The notes under the pieces are model-generated. The model had not been told where the DNA came from, searched no databases, and worked only from the letters and a program-made list of their open reading frames with translations. A program made the position numbers and the translations under genes. From Dehalococcoidia bacterium (GTDB taxonomy: Bacteria > Chloroflexota > Dehalococcoidia > GIF9 > AB-539-J10): 64,000 bases of DNA. How positions within the stretch are numbered: the first letter of the stretch is position 1; the number at the start of each line of letters is the position of its first letter. Where the stretch lies: NCBI GenBank assembly GCA_007129495.1, contig SKVJ01000039.1, forward strand, positions 20,303-84,302. The letters are read 5' to 3'. Below, piece by piece: positions 1 through 10,321 of the stretch.

Positions 1-79
1 TGTCTGTGTATTTGATGCCAGCAGCCGCTGCTCCTGCGGTGAATCCGCGTGGTGAAGCAATTGTTCCGTTCTGAATCAT
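1..79 (-). CDS. argJ: ArgJ, glutamate N-acetyltransferase/ornithine acetyltransferase, N-terminus only (runs off window)
   Basis: Not in ORF track. Manual translation MIQNGTIASPRGFTAGAAAAGIKYTD resembles the ArgJ N-terminus (xPxGFxAxxxxAGIK). SD-like AAAGGGAG upstream; an in-frame GTG at 88 is an alternative start. Confidence 0.75.
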   Translation of the reverse strand, partial: MIQNGTIASPRGFTAGAAAAGIKYTD

Positions 80-270
80 GTTGTACACCAGCAATCTCCC
101 TTTCGAAAGCGCATTGTATCGCATGTGCCTGTGTCAAGGGCAACGAAGAGTGAAGAAGTGGTTGGGTTTCTTCGCGTACCAACGACATTGGTCTATAATG
201 AGACGCGCGGTCGCACGCATTCTGTCTTTCGGCGAACCTGCGACCTCAAGTGCACTGCTGGTAATGTCTT

Positions 271-1413
271 ATGGCGTGGAGAAGAGTTGAGAGCGTGCTC
301 AGTTCCGGGCGGCACTACCTGTCCGGGGCTGAAGCGATTGTCGAAGGTGCGGTTGTGGCCAGGAGCGGTTACTTCGCGGGTTATCCCATTACACCAACGA
401 CCGAAGTACTGGAACGTATCGCGGTGCGGTTTCCCGAGGTTGGCTCCACATTCTGTCAGATGGAAGATGAAATCGCATCTGTCTGTTCCTGCATAGGCGC
501 GTCGTGGGCGGGCGTGAAGGCCATTACGGTCACCTCCGGCCCCGGCTTCAGCCTGATGCAGGAAGGAATCAGCCACGCTATCATGACTGAGGCACCGCTC
601 GTAGTCGTCGATGGTCAACGTGCTGGGCCGAGCACCGGGCAGGTGCTGGTCGGTGCAGGGGATGTAATGCAGGCCCGCTGGGGTACACATGGTGGGATTC
701 CGGTGATCGCACTTGCCCCCTGGTCTGTACAGGAGATGTACGACCTTACTGTCCGCGCATTTAACCTGGCAGAGAGATTTCGGACACCTGTCCTCGTTAT
801 GGCTGAGGCGGCGACGATGCACCTGCGCGAAATCGTCGTGGTGGCGCCCGAAATCGATCTCTACGACCGTGACAGGGCTCCTGGGCTGCCGCCATTCGGG
901 TGTGATTCTCCTGATGGGGTACCGCCTATGCCAGCCTTTGGCGAGGGCCAGAAGCTGCTGGTAACTGCATCGACGCATGATGCTCGCGGGTTCCGACGAA
1001 CGGAGGATGCGAGCGCGCATCGTGTTCTCACCTCGCGTCTGCACAACAAGATAATGATGCATGTGCCCGAAATCGCGGAGGTGGAGAAGTATCACCTTGA
1101 GGACACGGAAGTTGCCTTCATCGCCTATGGCTTCACTGCCCGCAGTGCCTTGTCGGCTCTTGAGGAATTGAGACGTGAAGGGCTCAAGGTAGGATTATTG
1201 AGACTGCAGACACTGTGGCCCTTTCCCGAGGATGAGGTGAGGTGCCTATCCAGGCGCGTGAAGAGAATTATTGTTCCTGAGATGAATCTGGGCCAGATGG
1301 TTCACGTTGTTCTGGCGGGGGCCGACTGCCCAGTGGTACCGTACAATCAAATGGACGGCACGGTAATCTACCCGTCGTCGCTCATCAGCGCGGTACGGAG
1401 CATTGTCGCATGA
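271..1413 (+). CDS. 2-oxoacid:ferredoxin oxidoreductase alpha subunit (KorA-like)
   Basis: Motifs GYPITP, QMEDEIAS, TSGPGFSLMQE, QRAGPSTG, PEMNLGQ. Confidence 0.93.
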   Translation: MAWRRVESVLSSGRHYLSGAEAIVEGAVVARSGYFAGYPITPTTEVLERIAVRFPEVGSTFCQMEDEIASVCSCIGASWAGVKAITVTSGPGFSLMQEGISHAIMTEAPLVVVDGQRAGPSTGQVLVGAGDVMQARWGTHGGIPVIALAPWSVQEMYDLTVRAFNLAERFRTPVLVMAEAATMHLREIVVVAPEIDLYDRDRAPGLPPFGCDSPDGVPPMPAFGEGQKLLVTASTHDARGFRRTEDASAHRVLTSRLHNKIMMHVPEIAEVEKYHLEDTEVAFIAYGFTARSALSALEELRREGLKVGLLRLQTLWPFPEDEVRCLSRRVKRIIVPEMNLGQMVHVVLAGADCPVVPYNQMDGTVIYPSSLISAVRSIVA

Positions 1414-2168
1414 CAGGAGACTGGAGGAGGTTTCTTCGGCCTGGCGTAACTCTGCCTTTCTGCCCGGGTTGTGGCCACCGCATCCTGTTGCGCCACCTCC
1501 TCTCCGCCATCAATGAGATGGAGTTAGATATAGACCGTATGCTCTTCGTATCCGGCATTGGGTGTGCTGGATGGATTCCCAGTCCGTGCATCAATGCGGA
1601 TACGTTGCATTGTCTTCATGGCCGGGCGATACCGTTTGCCATTGGTGCTCAGGCGGCAAATCCATCGCTGACAACACTGGTTGTCAGCGGCGACGGCGAC
1701 CTCGCAGACATCGGTGGTAATCACTTGATTCATGCGGCGCGTCGCAATCATGACATAACAGTTATATGTGCGAACAACATGAACTATGGGATGACGGGTG
1801 GGCAAGTGTGCTCAACTACGCCGTATGGGGCGACTACACACACCACACCAGGCGGCAATCTGCATCGGCCGTTCGACCTCTGTTCGCTGGTTCGTGTTGC
1901 TGGCGCCACGTACGCCGCCCGCTATCTTGTGACACAAGGCCCGGAGCTGGCAGCTGCCATCAGAAGAGCGATCGCCGTCAGGGGATTCAGTTTCGTGGAG
2001 GCCATCTCTCCGTGTCCAACGCAGTTTGGACGACAGAACCGGCTTGACAGTGTAAAGGAGGCGTACGCGTACGTCGAGTCCCTTACAATCACACGCGACG
2101 CGGCGATGACCGGACTCGGGGACTGCGAAAGTTGGCGACTGGTGACTGGCGAGTTCTGTGATGAGTGA
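1410..2168 (+). CDS. 2-oxoacid:ferredoxin oxidoreductase beta subunit (TPP-binding)
   Basis: FCPGCG, SGIGC, GDGD...NN.NYGMTGGQ; ATGA overlap with alpha. Confidence 0.93.
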   Translation: MTGDWRRFLRPGVTLPFCPGCGHRILLRHLLSAINEMELDIDRMLFVSGIGCAGWIPSPCINADTLHCLHGRAIPFAIGAQAANPSLTTLVVSGDGDLADIGGNHLIHAARRNHDITVICANNMNYGMTGGQVCSTTPYGATTHTTPGGNLHRPFDLCSLVRVAGATYAARYLVTQGPELAAAIRRAIAVRGFSFVEAISPCPTQFGRQNRLDSVKEAYAYVESLTITRDAAMTGLGDCESWRLVTGEFCDE

Positions 2169-2709
2169 TACAAGACAGATCTTACTGTGCGGACTGGGTG
2201 GCCAGGGAGTTGTGCTCGCCGGTACCCTCCTGGGCTCCGCTGGATTTGCACAGGGATTGCAGGTATGCGGCACGAGTTCTTACGGCTCTGCTGCCCGTGG
2301 AGGAGAATGCCGTTCCGAAGTGCTGTTGTCCGAGGGCGTCATCGCATTTCCGTATGTCACTCGTGCCGACGTCCTCGTGGCACTGTCTCAATCGGCATAC
2401 AGACGTTACCTGGACTGGACGGCCAGTCCGGATGGTCTTGTTTTCTATGATCCCGCCTCCGTACAACCGGACGACAGTGTGCTGCAACGCCACATCAGGG
2501 TGCCCGCAACCGAGTCTGCTGAATGCCGGTTAGGGACCCGCCTGGGCACGAATATCGTGATGCTCGGAGCTATGGTGGCTGCTACTGGACTCTTACAGGT
2601 GGACGTACTGACGAGGGCTGTTGCAGACGGTTCGCCGAGCCGATTCCGGGACTTGAATGCGAAGGCGCTCGACCTCGGTGTTAGCCTCGCAGCAGGTTTA
2701 TCTGACTGA
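2161..2709 (+). CDS. 2-oxoacid:ferredoxin oxidoreductase gamma subunit
   Basis: GLGGQGVVLAG, SYGSAARGG, NIVMLGA. Confidence 0.92.
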   Translation: MSDTRQILLCGLGGQGVVLAGTLLGSAGFAQGLQVCGTSSYGSAARGGECRSEVLLSEGVIAFPYVTRADVLVALSQSAYRRYLDWTASPDGLVFYDPASVQPDDSVLQRHIRVPATESAECRLGTRLGTNIVMLGAMVAATGLLQVDVLTRAVADGSPSRFRDLNAKALDLGVSLAAGLSD

Positions 2710-2769
2710 CTGATTTGCAATCGCGCTCGATGACGTAACGGTGATAGAATCCTGCCAGGAGTTGCAACA

Positions 2770-3519
2770 ATGTCCGGACATTCGAAATGGGCACAGATTA
2801 AGCGCCAGAAGGGCGTTGCTGATGCACGTCGCGGCCAGGTGTTCACCAAGCTGACCCGCGAGATAATGCTGGCAGTCCGCACCGGAGGGCCGAATCCCGA
2901 TAGCAATTATCAGTTACGACTTGCGCTGCAGAAAGCCAAGGATGGCAATATGCCTTCAGAAAATGTCGAGAGGGCTATCAAGCGTGCTGTTGGTGGCGGC
3001 GAGGACTCCAATCTGGCCGAGTTCATGCTTGAGGGGTATGGTTCCAATGGTGTGGCCATTTTGATCGAGGCGCTCTCGGATAACCGCAACCGGACAGTGC
3101 AGGAAGTTCGCAGTCTGCTCACGCGTCACGGCGGCAGTCTCGGTGAGGCCGGATGTGTGTCGTGGTTGTTCGATACGCGTGGTGTCATCACTGTCGATGC
3201 GAGCCATGGAGAAGCGGATGACGTCGCATTGCGTGCCATCGACGCGGGGGCAGAGGACGTCAGAAGTGATGCCGATTACGTCGAAGTACATACGGAACCG
3301 GCTCGCATGGAAGATGTGCGAGAGGCGATTGAGCAGGAGTTCACAGTGACGTCTGCCGAGATATCCCGCATACCCAGGACCACTGTGCCTCTCGACGACG
3401 CCAAATCCAGTCAGATCATGGCGTTTCTTGAACAGCTTGATCAGCTCGATGACGTGCAGCGAGTCTATTCGAATGCGGATTTCGCCGAGTCGGTCCTTCG
3501 AGGTATGGAACAGGCGTAA
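2770..3519 (+). CDS. yebC: YebC/PmpR (TACO1) family protein
   Basis: MSGHSKWAQIKRQKG N-terminus, EGYG, DNRNRT, DDVQRVYSN. Confidence 0.96.
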   Translation: MSGHSKWAQIKRQKGVADARRGQVFTKLTREIMLAVRTGGPNPDSNYQLRLALQKAKDGNMPSENVERAIKRAVGGGEDSNLAEFMLEGYGSNGVAILIEALSDNRNRTVQEVRSLLTRHGGSLGEAGCVSWLFDTRGVITVDASHGEADDVALRAIDAGAEDVRSDADYVEVHTEPARMEDVREAIEQEFTVTSAEISRIPRTTVPLDDAKSSQIMAFLEQLDQLDDVQRVYSNADFAESVLRGMEQA

Positions 3520-3523
3520 CGTT

Positions 3524-4018
3524 ATGCGCGTACTCGGCATTGATCCTGGAACTGTCCTGCTTGGATACGGAGTTGTCCAGGGGCCCTCCAACACGACTCT
3601 CGTTGCGTGTGGAGTCCTGAAAGTGTCGGCCAAGCTTACTGTGGAGCGGAGGTTGTGCACACTGTTTGATGGCGTGTGTGATGTTATTGAGTCTTTGCAA
3701 CCTGACGAAGTTGCCATCGAGGAGCCTTTCATTGGAGTCAATGTAAAATCCGCATTCATGGTTGGTCGCGCCCAAGCTCTTGCGATACTGGCCGCCGCAA
3801 GATCAGGTCTGCCAGTCTCGTACTATTCGCCTGCTGAGGTCAAACGTCAGGTGAGTGGCCACGGACGGGGTGACAAGATTCAGGTGCGCACTATGGTAAT
3901 GTTGCAGTTGGGGCTTCAGGAGCTCGACGAGAGGTTTGATGCGACTGACGCGGTTGCGGTAGCGTTGTGTCATCTGCACGCGCGCGATGCGGCTCGTCGC
4001 CTGTCAGTTCAACCGTGA
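3524..4018 (+). CDS. ruvC: Holliday junction resolvase RuvC
   Basis: MRVLGIDPG, AIEEPF, DATDAVAVALCH; start reassigned to ATG at 3524. Confidence 0.95.
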   Translation: MRVLGIDPGTVLLGYGVVQGPSNTTLVACGVLKVSAKLTVERRLCTLFDGVCDVIESLQPDEVAIEEPFIGVNVKSAFMVGRAQALAILAAARSGLPVSYYSPAEVKRQVSGHGRGDKIQVRTMVMLQLGLQELDERFDATDAVAVALCHLHARDAARRLSVQP

Positions 4019-4599
4019 TGATCTCATTTCTAGAGGGTGTGATCGATTCCAAAGGTCCAGACCATGTGGTCCTCAACGTGGGCGGAATCGGATTTCTCGT
4101 AAGAACTTCAACCAGAACCGCGGAGGAGATCGGCACGCCTGGAACAAGTGCTGTATTGCATACCTGTTTCATGATCAGAGATGAAAGCCCCCTTCTTTAT
4201 GGCTTTGAGTCGGATGAAGCTCGTGGGGTGTTCGTTGAGCTTGTTTCGGTGAGCGGAGTTGGGCCGCGCGTCGCGATTGCGCTGTTAGGAGCGCTGCGCC
4301 CATCGGAGCTGGCTGGGGCGATTGTAAGTGGGAATACAGCCCTGCTGGCTGCTGTTCCCGGAGTGGGAAAGAAGACTGCCGCACGCGTCTGCGTGGAGCT
4401 TGCATCGAAAATGGAGCGTTACGCTCTCGCTGATTCGGTACAAGGATCTGTTGGTGATGCAGAACTCGTGCAAGCTCTGACGGCGCTCGGGTATTCTGTG
4501 AGAGAGGCAATCGGCGCTGCGAGGAATATCGAGGCAGTAGATACCATGCCGCTTGAGGATCGCCTGCGGAGAGCGCTCAGGGTTCTTGCGATTCCTTGA
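4018..4599 (+). CDS. ruvA: Holliday junction branch migration protein RuvA
   Basis: MISFLEG, LYGF, HhH motifs VSGVGPR and VPGVGKKTA, ALTALGY; TGATG coupling to ruvC. Confidence 0.95.
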   Translation: MISFLEGVIDSKGPDHVVLNVGGIGFLVRTSTRTAEEIGTPGTSAVLHTCFMIRDESPLLYGFESDEARGVFVELVSVSGVGPRVAIALLGALRPSELAGAIVSGNTALLAAVPGVGKKTAARVCVELASKMERYALADSVQGSVGDAELVQALTALGYSVREAIGAARNIEAVDTMPLEDRLRRALRVLAIP

Positions 4600-4644
4600 T
4601 TCTGTCGCGATTTTCGGCACCTCCCGTTTGATGATTCAGATACG

Positions 4645-6636
4645 ATGACACAGAAAATGTTTCGTATTACGTCTGATTTGCAGCCTATGGGTGACCAGCC
4701 GGCTGCAATTGACGGTTTAGTGACGGGACTGGAACGAGGATATCGTGAACAGACATTGGTCGGGGTGACAGGAAGCGGCAAGACCTTCACGATGGCAAAC
4801 GTTATTGCGCGGGCGCAGCGCCCCACTCTCGTCATCAGTCACAACAAGACCCTGGCTGCACAGCTTGCAGCGGAGTTTCAGGATTACTTCAAGGAGAATG
4901 CCGTTGGTTACTTCGTGAGCTATTACGACTATTATCAGCCTGAGGCCTATATTCCGAGCACTGATACCTACATTGAGAAGGAGACCGACATTAATGAGGA
5001 GATCGACCGCCTGCGGCACGCTGCGACCAAGTCGTTGTTCGAGCGTCGTGATGTTGTAATCGTTGCCTCGGTATCATGCATCTACTCCCTCGGGTCGCCA
5101 GAGGAGTATCAAAGCTTCGCGTTCCCGGTGGTGCGTGATAACCCTGTGGGACTTCAGCGGCTGGTCCGGACCCTGGTGGGAATGCAGTATGAACGAAACG
5201 ACATCGATCTCACACGGGGCAGGTTTCGAGTGAGGGGAGACACACTGGAGTTATGTCCCTCCTATGAAGAGACCGCGGTGCGGGTCGAGTTCTGGGGAGA
5301 CATAGTCGAACGTATCACTGAACTTGATCCGTTGACCGGAGAACTGCTCTCTGAACTCGATCGCGTGGACATCTATCCTGCGAAGCACTTCGTGACTCCT
5401 GACGAGAAACTCCATGCCGCAATGGCGGACATTCGTGTGGAACTTGATGAGAGGCTCACAGAGTTACGCGAAAGAGGGAAACTGATCGAGGCACAACGGC
5501 TCGAATCCCGGACGAACTACGATCTCGAGATGATGGCAGAGATCGGCTATTGCTCCGGTGTAGAGAACTACTCTCGTCACCTGCAACGGAGAAGGGCCGG
5601 CAGTACTCCGTGGACACTGCTTGACTATTTTCCAGCTGACTGTCTGCTGCTCATCGATGAATCGCATATGACTCTTCCACAAATAAAGGGAATGTACCAC
5701 GGCGATCTCGCGAGGAAGCAGGTACTGGTGGACCATGGATTCAGATTGCCTTCGGCCCTTGATAACCGCCCGCTGCGTTTTGAGGAATTCACCGAGCGTA
5801 TCAATCAGGTTGTTTATGTCTCCGCTACTCCGCGGGACTATGAAATTACCAGGAGTCAGCAAATATGTGAGCAACTCGTTCGTCCGACCGGCCTTCTTGA
5901 ACCAATGGTGGAGGTAAGGCCTACAGCCGGACAGATAGACGACCTGATCGGCGAGATCAGGAAACGCGTCGGTAGTGGAGAGCGGTGCCTCGTCACAACT
6001 CTTACAAAGAGGATGGCGGAAGACCTCAGTGAATACCTTGCGGAAATGGGGGTCAAGACACACTACATTCACTCAGAGGTGGATACTCTCGAGCGTATCC
6101 AGATATTGCGAGAACTCCGTCTGGGAACGTATGACGTGGTTGTTGGCATCAACCTGTTGCGGGAAGGGCTGGACCTCCCCGAAGTTAGTCTGGTGGCTAT
6201 ACTTGATGCTGACAAAGAGGGATACCTGAGGTCCAAAGAGGCACTAATACAGACCATGGGGCGGGCCGCCCGTCATGTGAATGCCCGGGCAATCCTCTAT
6301 GCAGACTCCATTACGAAGTCGATGCGCACCGCCATCGACGAGACGGCAAGACGCCGCCGCATCCAGGAAGAGTACAACGTGGCTCATGGCATCACACCTC
6401 AAAGCGTGTCCAAGGCGATACGAGACATTGCGCAACAGGTACAGAAGATCTCCGAACCTTTGCGTGAGTACGGAGACCGGCCGGCTACGGCACGGGAACT
6501 CAACCAGTTGCTGAAGCAACTCGAACGCGATATGAAGCAGGCGTCTGGTGCCCTCGAATTTGAGAAAGCCGCCTTGATTCGTGACCGGATCGTCGAACTC
6601 CGAAAGGAGTCGCACGATCTTCGAGTCACTTCATAG
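4645..6636 (+). CDS. uvrB: Excinuclease ABC subunit B
   Basis: [40 protein letters not shown]-terminal UVR domain. Confidence 0.98.
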   Translation: MTQKMFRITSDLQPMGDQPAAIDGLVTGLERGYREQTLVGVTGSGKTFTMANVIARAQRPTLVISHNKTLAAQLAAEFQDYFKENAVGYFVSYYDYYQPEAYIPSTDTYIEKETDINEEIDRLRHAATKSLFERRDVVIVASVSCIYSLGSPEEYQSFAFPVVRDNPVGLQRLVRTLVGMQYERNDIDLTRGRFRVRGDTLELCPSYEETAVRVEFWGDIVERITELDPLTGELLSELDRVDIYPAKHFVTPDEKLHAAMADIRVELDERLTELRERGKLIEAQRLESRTNYDLEMMAEIGYCSGVENYSRHLQRRRAGSTPWTLLDYFPADCLLLIDESHMTLPQIKGMYHGDLARKQVLVDHGFRLPSALDNRPLRFEEFTERINQVVYVSATPRDYEITRSQQICEQLVRPTGLLEPMVEVRPTAGQIDDLIGEIRKRVGSGERCLVTTLTKRMAEDLSEYLAEMGVKTHYIHSEVDTLERIQILRELRLGTYDVVVGINLLREGLDLPEVSLVAILDADKEGYLRSKEALIQTMGRAARHVNARAILYADSITKSMRTAIDETARRRRIQEEYNVAHGITPQSVSKAIRDIAQQVQKISEPLREYGDRPATARELNQLLKQLERDMKQASGALEFEKAALIRDRIVELRKESHDLRVTS

Positions 6637-6789
6637 TCGCCGGTTTCTTCGTTACTCTCATTCTTTTGCACCCTGTCTCTTTCTGCCTGCTGGAGCACAT
6701 CTGCCGGAAATATCGCATGCGACCTCTTCTAATCATCATGCAAAGAGGATACAATTACAGGTTCGAAACCGAGGCAAGGAGTCAGATTA

Positions 6790-8307
6790 GTGAGAATCGA
6801 AGTCTCTGTCGGAGATATCACAACAACGTCGGTCGACGGAATCGTGGTCAGCCTGTGTGAGGACTCTGAGCGCTTTGGCGATTCCAATGCAGCCGTAGTT
6901 GCGGTTGATCGCTTGCTGAATGGCGCCATTAGTGGGATGTTGGATTCAAAGGGTATCAAGGGCAAACCCAATGAAGTCACCGTCCTGCATTCCCTTGGTC
7001 GCCTGTCGGCGAATCTGGTGGCTGTGTGTGGGCTCGGAAGGCAATCCGAGGTCACGCCCGACCGTGTGCGTGATGCGGCTGCTGAAGGCTGTAGGGCCTT
7101 GCGCAAGGTGGGATGTCGGAGCGTCGGAACAACACTTCTGGGAGCGGGGACTGTTGGCCTGAATGCGGAGGATTGCGCTCAGGCCATAGCTGAAGGTGCG
7201 GTCATGGGCCTTTATACTTTTCTCAAGTACAAAGCACCCGAGGGGCCTGACGTCGAGCGCGTGAGCATCGTAGTTACTAACCCGGCTGAAGTTGGCGCTT
7301 TGAGCAAAGCTGTCAATACGGGTGTAGTACTCGCGGAGTCAACCAATCTTTCGCGGGACATGGTGAATGAGCCAGCCAACTATATGACCCCGTCACGCAT
7401 GGGTCAGATAGCACAGGATCTGGCAGGCACCTATGGGCTCAGTGCGACGGTTTGGGATAAGGACGACATGGTTTCTATGGGAATGGGCGCGTTGCTTGCC
7501 GTTGCCCAGGGAAGCGCCGAGCCTCCTCGATTCATACGCATGGACTATGCTGGCGACGGTACCGGCTCGTCTCGAATTGCGCTTATCGGCAAAGCAATTA
7601 CCTTCGACTCAGGAGGCATTTCCATCAAGCCGTCTGACAGCCTGGCCGAGATGAAGGACGACATGGCTGGTGGTGCGGCCGTCATGGCCTCGATGTGCGC
7701 AATTGCGCGCCTGCAGTTGGGGGCATCCGTGACTGCCCTTATTCCGGCGACTGAGAATCTGCCTGGAGGTCGCGCATTCCGACCCGGCGATGTACTGAAG
7801 TCCATGAGCGGTAAGACTATTGAGATCATGAGCACCGATGCCGAGGGCAGGCTTCTTCTGGCCGATGCCATCACCTACGCTATCAGCGAGGGAATGTCTC
7901 CGTTGATTGATGTGGCAACGCTGACGGGTGCCTGCCGCGTTGCTCTTGGAACGATCTACAGTGGAGTATTCAGCAACAACGAGGACGTGGCGGACCGTTT
8001 TATGGAGGCAGCGGTTCGCGCAGGAGAGCGGATGTGGCGAATGCCTCTTGCCGATGAGTATCGGGAATTAAATATGAGTCACTTTGCCGACATCAAGAAT
8101 ACGGGCAATCGCTACGGGGGAGCAATTACAGCTGCACTCTTTGTTTCCGAATTTGCCGGGGATACACCATGGGTGCATGTCGACATTGCTGGAACATCCA
8201 ACAGCACGAAGGACAGCGGCGTAACGGTTAAAGGGGCGACCGGTGTGCCTGTGAAGACGCTGTGCGAGTTCGCACGACAAGGAATTGCCACTTCGCGTGC
8301 CGAATGA
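6790..8307 (+). CDS. pepA: Leucyl aminopeptidase (M17)
   Basis: GKAITFDSGGISIKP, MKDDMAG, STDAEGRLLLAD, ATLTGA, WVHVDIAG. Confidence 0.96.
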   Translation: MRIEVSVGDITTTSVDGIVVSLCEDSERFGDSNAAVVAVDRLLNGAISGMLDSKGIKGKPNEVTVLHSLGRLSANLVAVCGLGRQSEVTPDRVRDAAAEGCRALRKVGCRSVGTTLLGAGTVGLNAEDCAQAIAEGAVMGLYTFLKYKAPEGPDVERVSIVVTNPAEVGALSKAVNTGVVLAESTNLSRDMVNEPANYMTPSRMGQIAQDLAGTYGLSATVWDKDDMVSMGMGALLAVAQGSAEPPRFIRMDYAGDGTGSSRIALIGKAITFDSGGISIKPSDSLAEMKDDMAGGAAVMASMCAIARLQLGASVTALIPATENLPGGRAFRPGDVLKSMSGKTIEIMSTDAEGRLLLADAITYAISEGMSPLIDVATLTGACRVALGTIYSGVFSNNEDVADRFMEAAVRAGERMWRMPLADEYRELNMSHFADIKNTGNRYGGAITAALFVSEFAGDTPWVHVDIAGTSNSTKDSGVTVKGATGVPVKTLCEFARQGIATSRAE

Positions 8308-8341
8308 ATGAAAGATCGGCTCACTGAGCCAGTTGAGTCCT

Positions 8342-9094
8342 ATGGCGAGTGTATTTGAAGCTAGAAGCTTTCGGTTCAATCCGCCACCCCAGCTTGCATG
8401 GGCACGCAGGGTACTGATTAAGCCGTACGCCTCTATCGCAGCGCCTTACCCCGTTACCAATAGCCGGGATCTGATTGAGAACATAGTGTTGGGTATCAGG
8501 CGTGTCACCGACGCCGAGATTTTGATCGCGGATGGCACGCGAGACGGAAGTCCTATATACCCGGTATACGAGGCGCTGAAGTACACGTTCAATCGAGTAT
8601 TACTTCTTGACGTCAAGGACTCGATATTTCTCGAACTAGAGAACCCGTTGCAGGAGTTTAACGCAACACCAACCTTCTGGGTGCCGAACCTCGTGCTGCG
8701 AAGCGACTTCCTGATCAGCGTCGCCCCTTTCCACGTAGTTGGCGGAAAAGGAAGGTTTACGATTGCCAACTTGCTGGGATTGTTACCATTGAGCCCCCGG
8801 AAAGGTCAAGACTTGCCAGAATATCAGGGATTGAAGGGCCTGGATGTCGAGAAGGCGCTCGCCGATCTATACTTCACTCTCCCTTTCGATATGGCTGTGC
8901 TTGAGGCTGAACAGCGACTAGACTATGATGACGATCCGCTTTCCGGTGCTGCGACTCACTATGGCAAGATCGTTGTGGGAGAGCCTTATGCGGTGGATGT
9001 GATAGCAGCCCGCCTCATCGGTCAGCAGCCGGAGCACCTGGCGCTGATTGAACAGGGGCGGCAGGCCATGACTGACACTGGCCCCGCTCAATAG
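8342..9094 (+). CDS. DUF362-like protein
   Basis: VLIKP, ILIADG, DFLISV..F, NLLG, AVDVIAARLIG resemble DUF362 blocks in degenerate form. Confidence 0.6.
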   Translation: MASVFEARSFRFNPPPQLAWARRVLIKPYASIAAPYPVTNSRDLIENIVLGIRRVTDAEILIADGTRDGSPIYPVYEALKYTFNRVLLLDVKDSIFLELENPLQEFNATPTFWVPNLVLRSDFLISVAPFHVVGGKGRFTIANLLGLLPLSPRKGQDLPEYQGLKGLDVEKALADLYFTLPFDMAVLEAEQRLDYDDDPLSGAATHYGKIVVGEPYAVDVIAARLIGQQPEHLALIEQGRQAMTDTGPAQ

Positions 9095-9369
9095 CGAATG
9101 CTGAAGCCTTGATAGGTGGTGTCGGGTTCTACAGGCTGTATCGAAACATCGGTTACCTCAGCACCTGCTGGTCCCAGTCGCAATCGGTCGATGAATCGAC
9201 TCACCTCGGCTTCGCGGCCGGAAGCATGCACTTCCACCTCGTCTGCCCGTTCCAAATTGCGCACGAAGCCTGTGATGCCCAGTTTTCTTGCTTCACTTAC
9301 CGCAAAGAAGCGATAACCCACACCCTGAACACGACCTCGAATGCGTAGTCTGAGTGTATTCAACGACAA
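9088..9369 (-). CDS. acyP: Acylphosphatase
   Basis: GRVQGVGYR, GFVRNL, VEVHASG. Confidence 0.94.
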   Translation of the reverse strand: MSLNTLRLRIRGRVQGVGYRFFAVSEARKLGITGFVRNLERADEVEVHASGREAEVSRFIDRLRLGPAGAEVTDVSIQPVEPDTTYQGFSIRY

Positions 9370-9435
9370 AGCCGCCCCAAAGGAATAGTGTCGACGCGCA
9401 CTCTGTTGCTGTCACCCACGGCCGGAATGCAGTAG

Positions 9436-9582
9436 CTAATCTTCATCCTCTTCCTCTTCTTTGCGCTTCTTGCGTACTACCTCAACTGGAGGAGGCGGGG
9501 CGAATTCCGAGATTGGTGGTGGCTTCTTCGACCCCTTTTTAGGCTTCTTGGCCTCTCTTCGCTCGAAATCTCGTTTGCCCAT
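9436..9582 (-). CDS. Small highly charged hypothetical protein (48 aa)
   Basis: Below ORF-track cutoff. Manual translation MGKRDFERREAKKPKKGSKKPPPISEFAPPPPVEVVRKKRKEEEEDED; strong AAGGAGG SD at the rnc 3' end. Confidence 0.75.
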   Translation of the reverse strand: MGKRDFERREAKKPKKGSKKPPPISEFAPPPPVEVVRKKRKEEEEDED

Positions 9583-9585
9583 TGT

Positions 9586-10287
9586 CTACTCCTCCTTCTG
9601 GTGCAATAGTGCAAGCGCATGGCGAGCGGCAGCCATTTCCGCTGCTTTTCGGCTGCCGCCCGTACCCTGGGCAAGCGCTGTGTCGTGTAGCAGCACTTGG
9701 ACCGTGAAGCGTTTGGCGTGATCCGGCCCAGTAGCGCTGATAATCCGGTAGTGTGGCAGAGGGCGGTCGGTTGCCTGGAGGTATTCCTGCAGGAGTGCCT
9801 TGTGGTTGGGGGCTACTCCATCGGCCTCGGCTGTCTGGATGTGGGGATGTAGATAGCGAAGTAGAACCTCGCGCGTCGTGTTGTATCCTTGATCGAGATA
9901 GATAGCACCGATCATCGCCTCCAGGGCATCGGCCAGATTCCGGTCCTTGTTCCGGCCCCCGCTTGCTGCTTCACCCCTGCCAAGTCGCAGGTATGACCCC
10001 AAACGTAGTCGGCGAGCCACCGATGCGAGTGTCTCTCGGCGGACCAATGTCGAGCGTAACGCCGTAAGTGTTCCCTCTCCCGCTTCAGGGAGGTGAAGGT
10101 ATAACGCCTCTGTGACTACCATGCCAAGTACGGCATCGCCGAGAAACTCCAGTCGCTCGTTGCTGGCGGTCTGCACGTCCTGTGATTCATTGACGTGACT
10201 CCCGTGTACCAGCGCATGTTCGAGAAGTGCCGGATTGCGAAACTCTATGCCAAGACTTGCCTCGATGTCCGTCATGTGCTCACTCAA
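9586..10287 (-). CDS. rnc: Ribonuclease III
   Basis: NERLEFLGDAVL signature, ADALEA.IGAIYLD, C-terminal dsRBD; start TTG 10287 or ATG 10275. Confidence 0.96.
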   Translation of the reverse strand: MSEHMTDIEASLGIEFRNPALLEHALVHGSHVNESQDVQTASNERLEFLGDAVLGMVVTEALYLHLPEAGEGTLTALRSTLVRRETLASVARRLRLGSYLRLGRGEAASGGRNKDRNLADALEAMIGAIYLDQGYNTTREVLLRYLHPHIQTAEADGVAPNHKALLQEYLQATDRPLPHYRIISATGPDHAKRFTVQVLLHDTALAQGTGGSRKAAEMAAARHALALLHQKEE

Positions 10288-10321
10288 TTCGTCTCCCCAT
10301 AGCCTGTTCCTATCGGCACAA

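Noticed and set aside
113-137. TTGACA and TACAAT as a complete argJ promoter, and a nearby ARG-box-like sequence
   Set aside because: The spacer is only 13 bp and the ARG-box match is weak.
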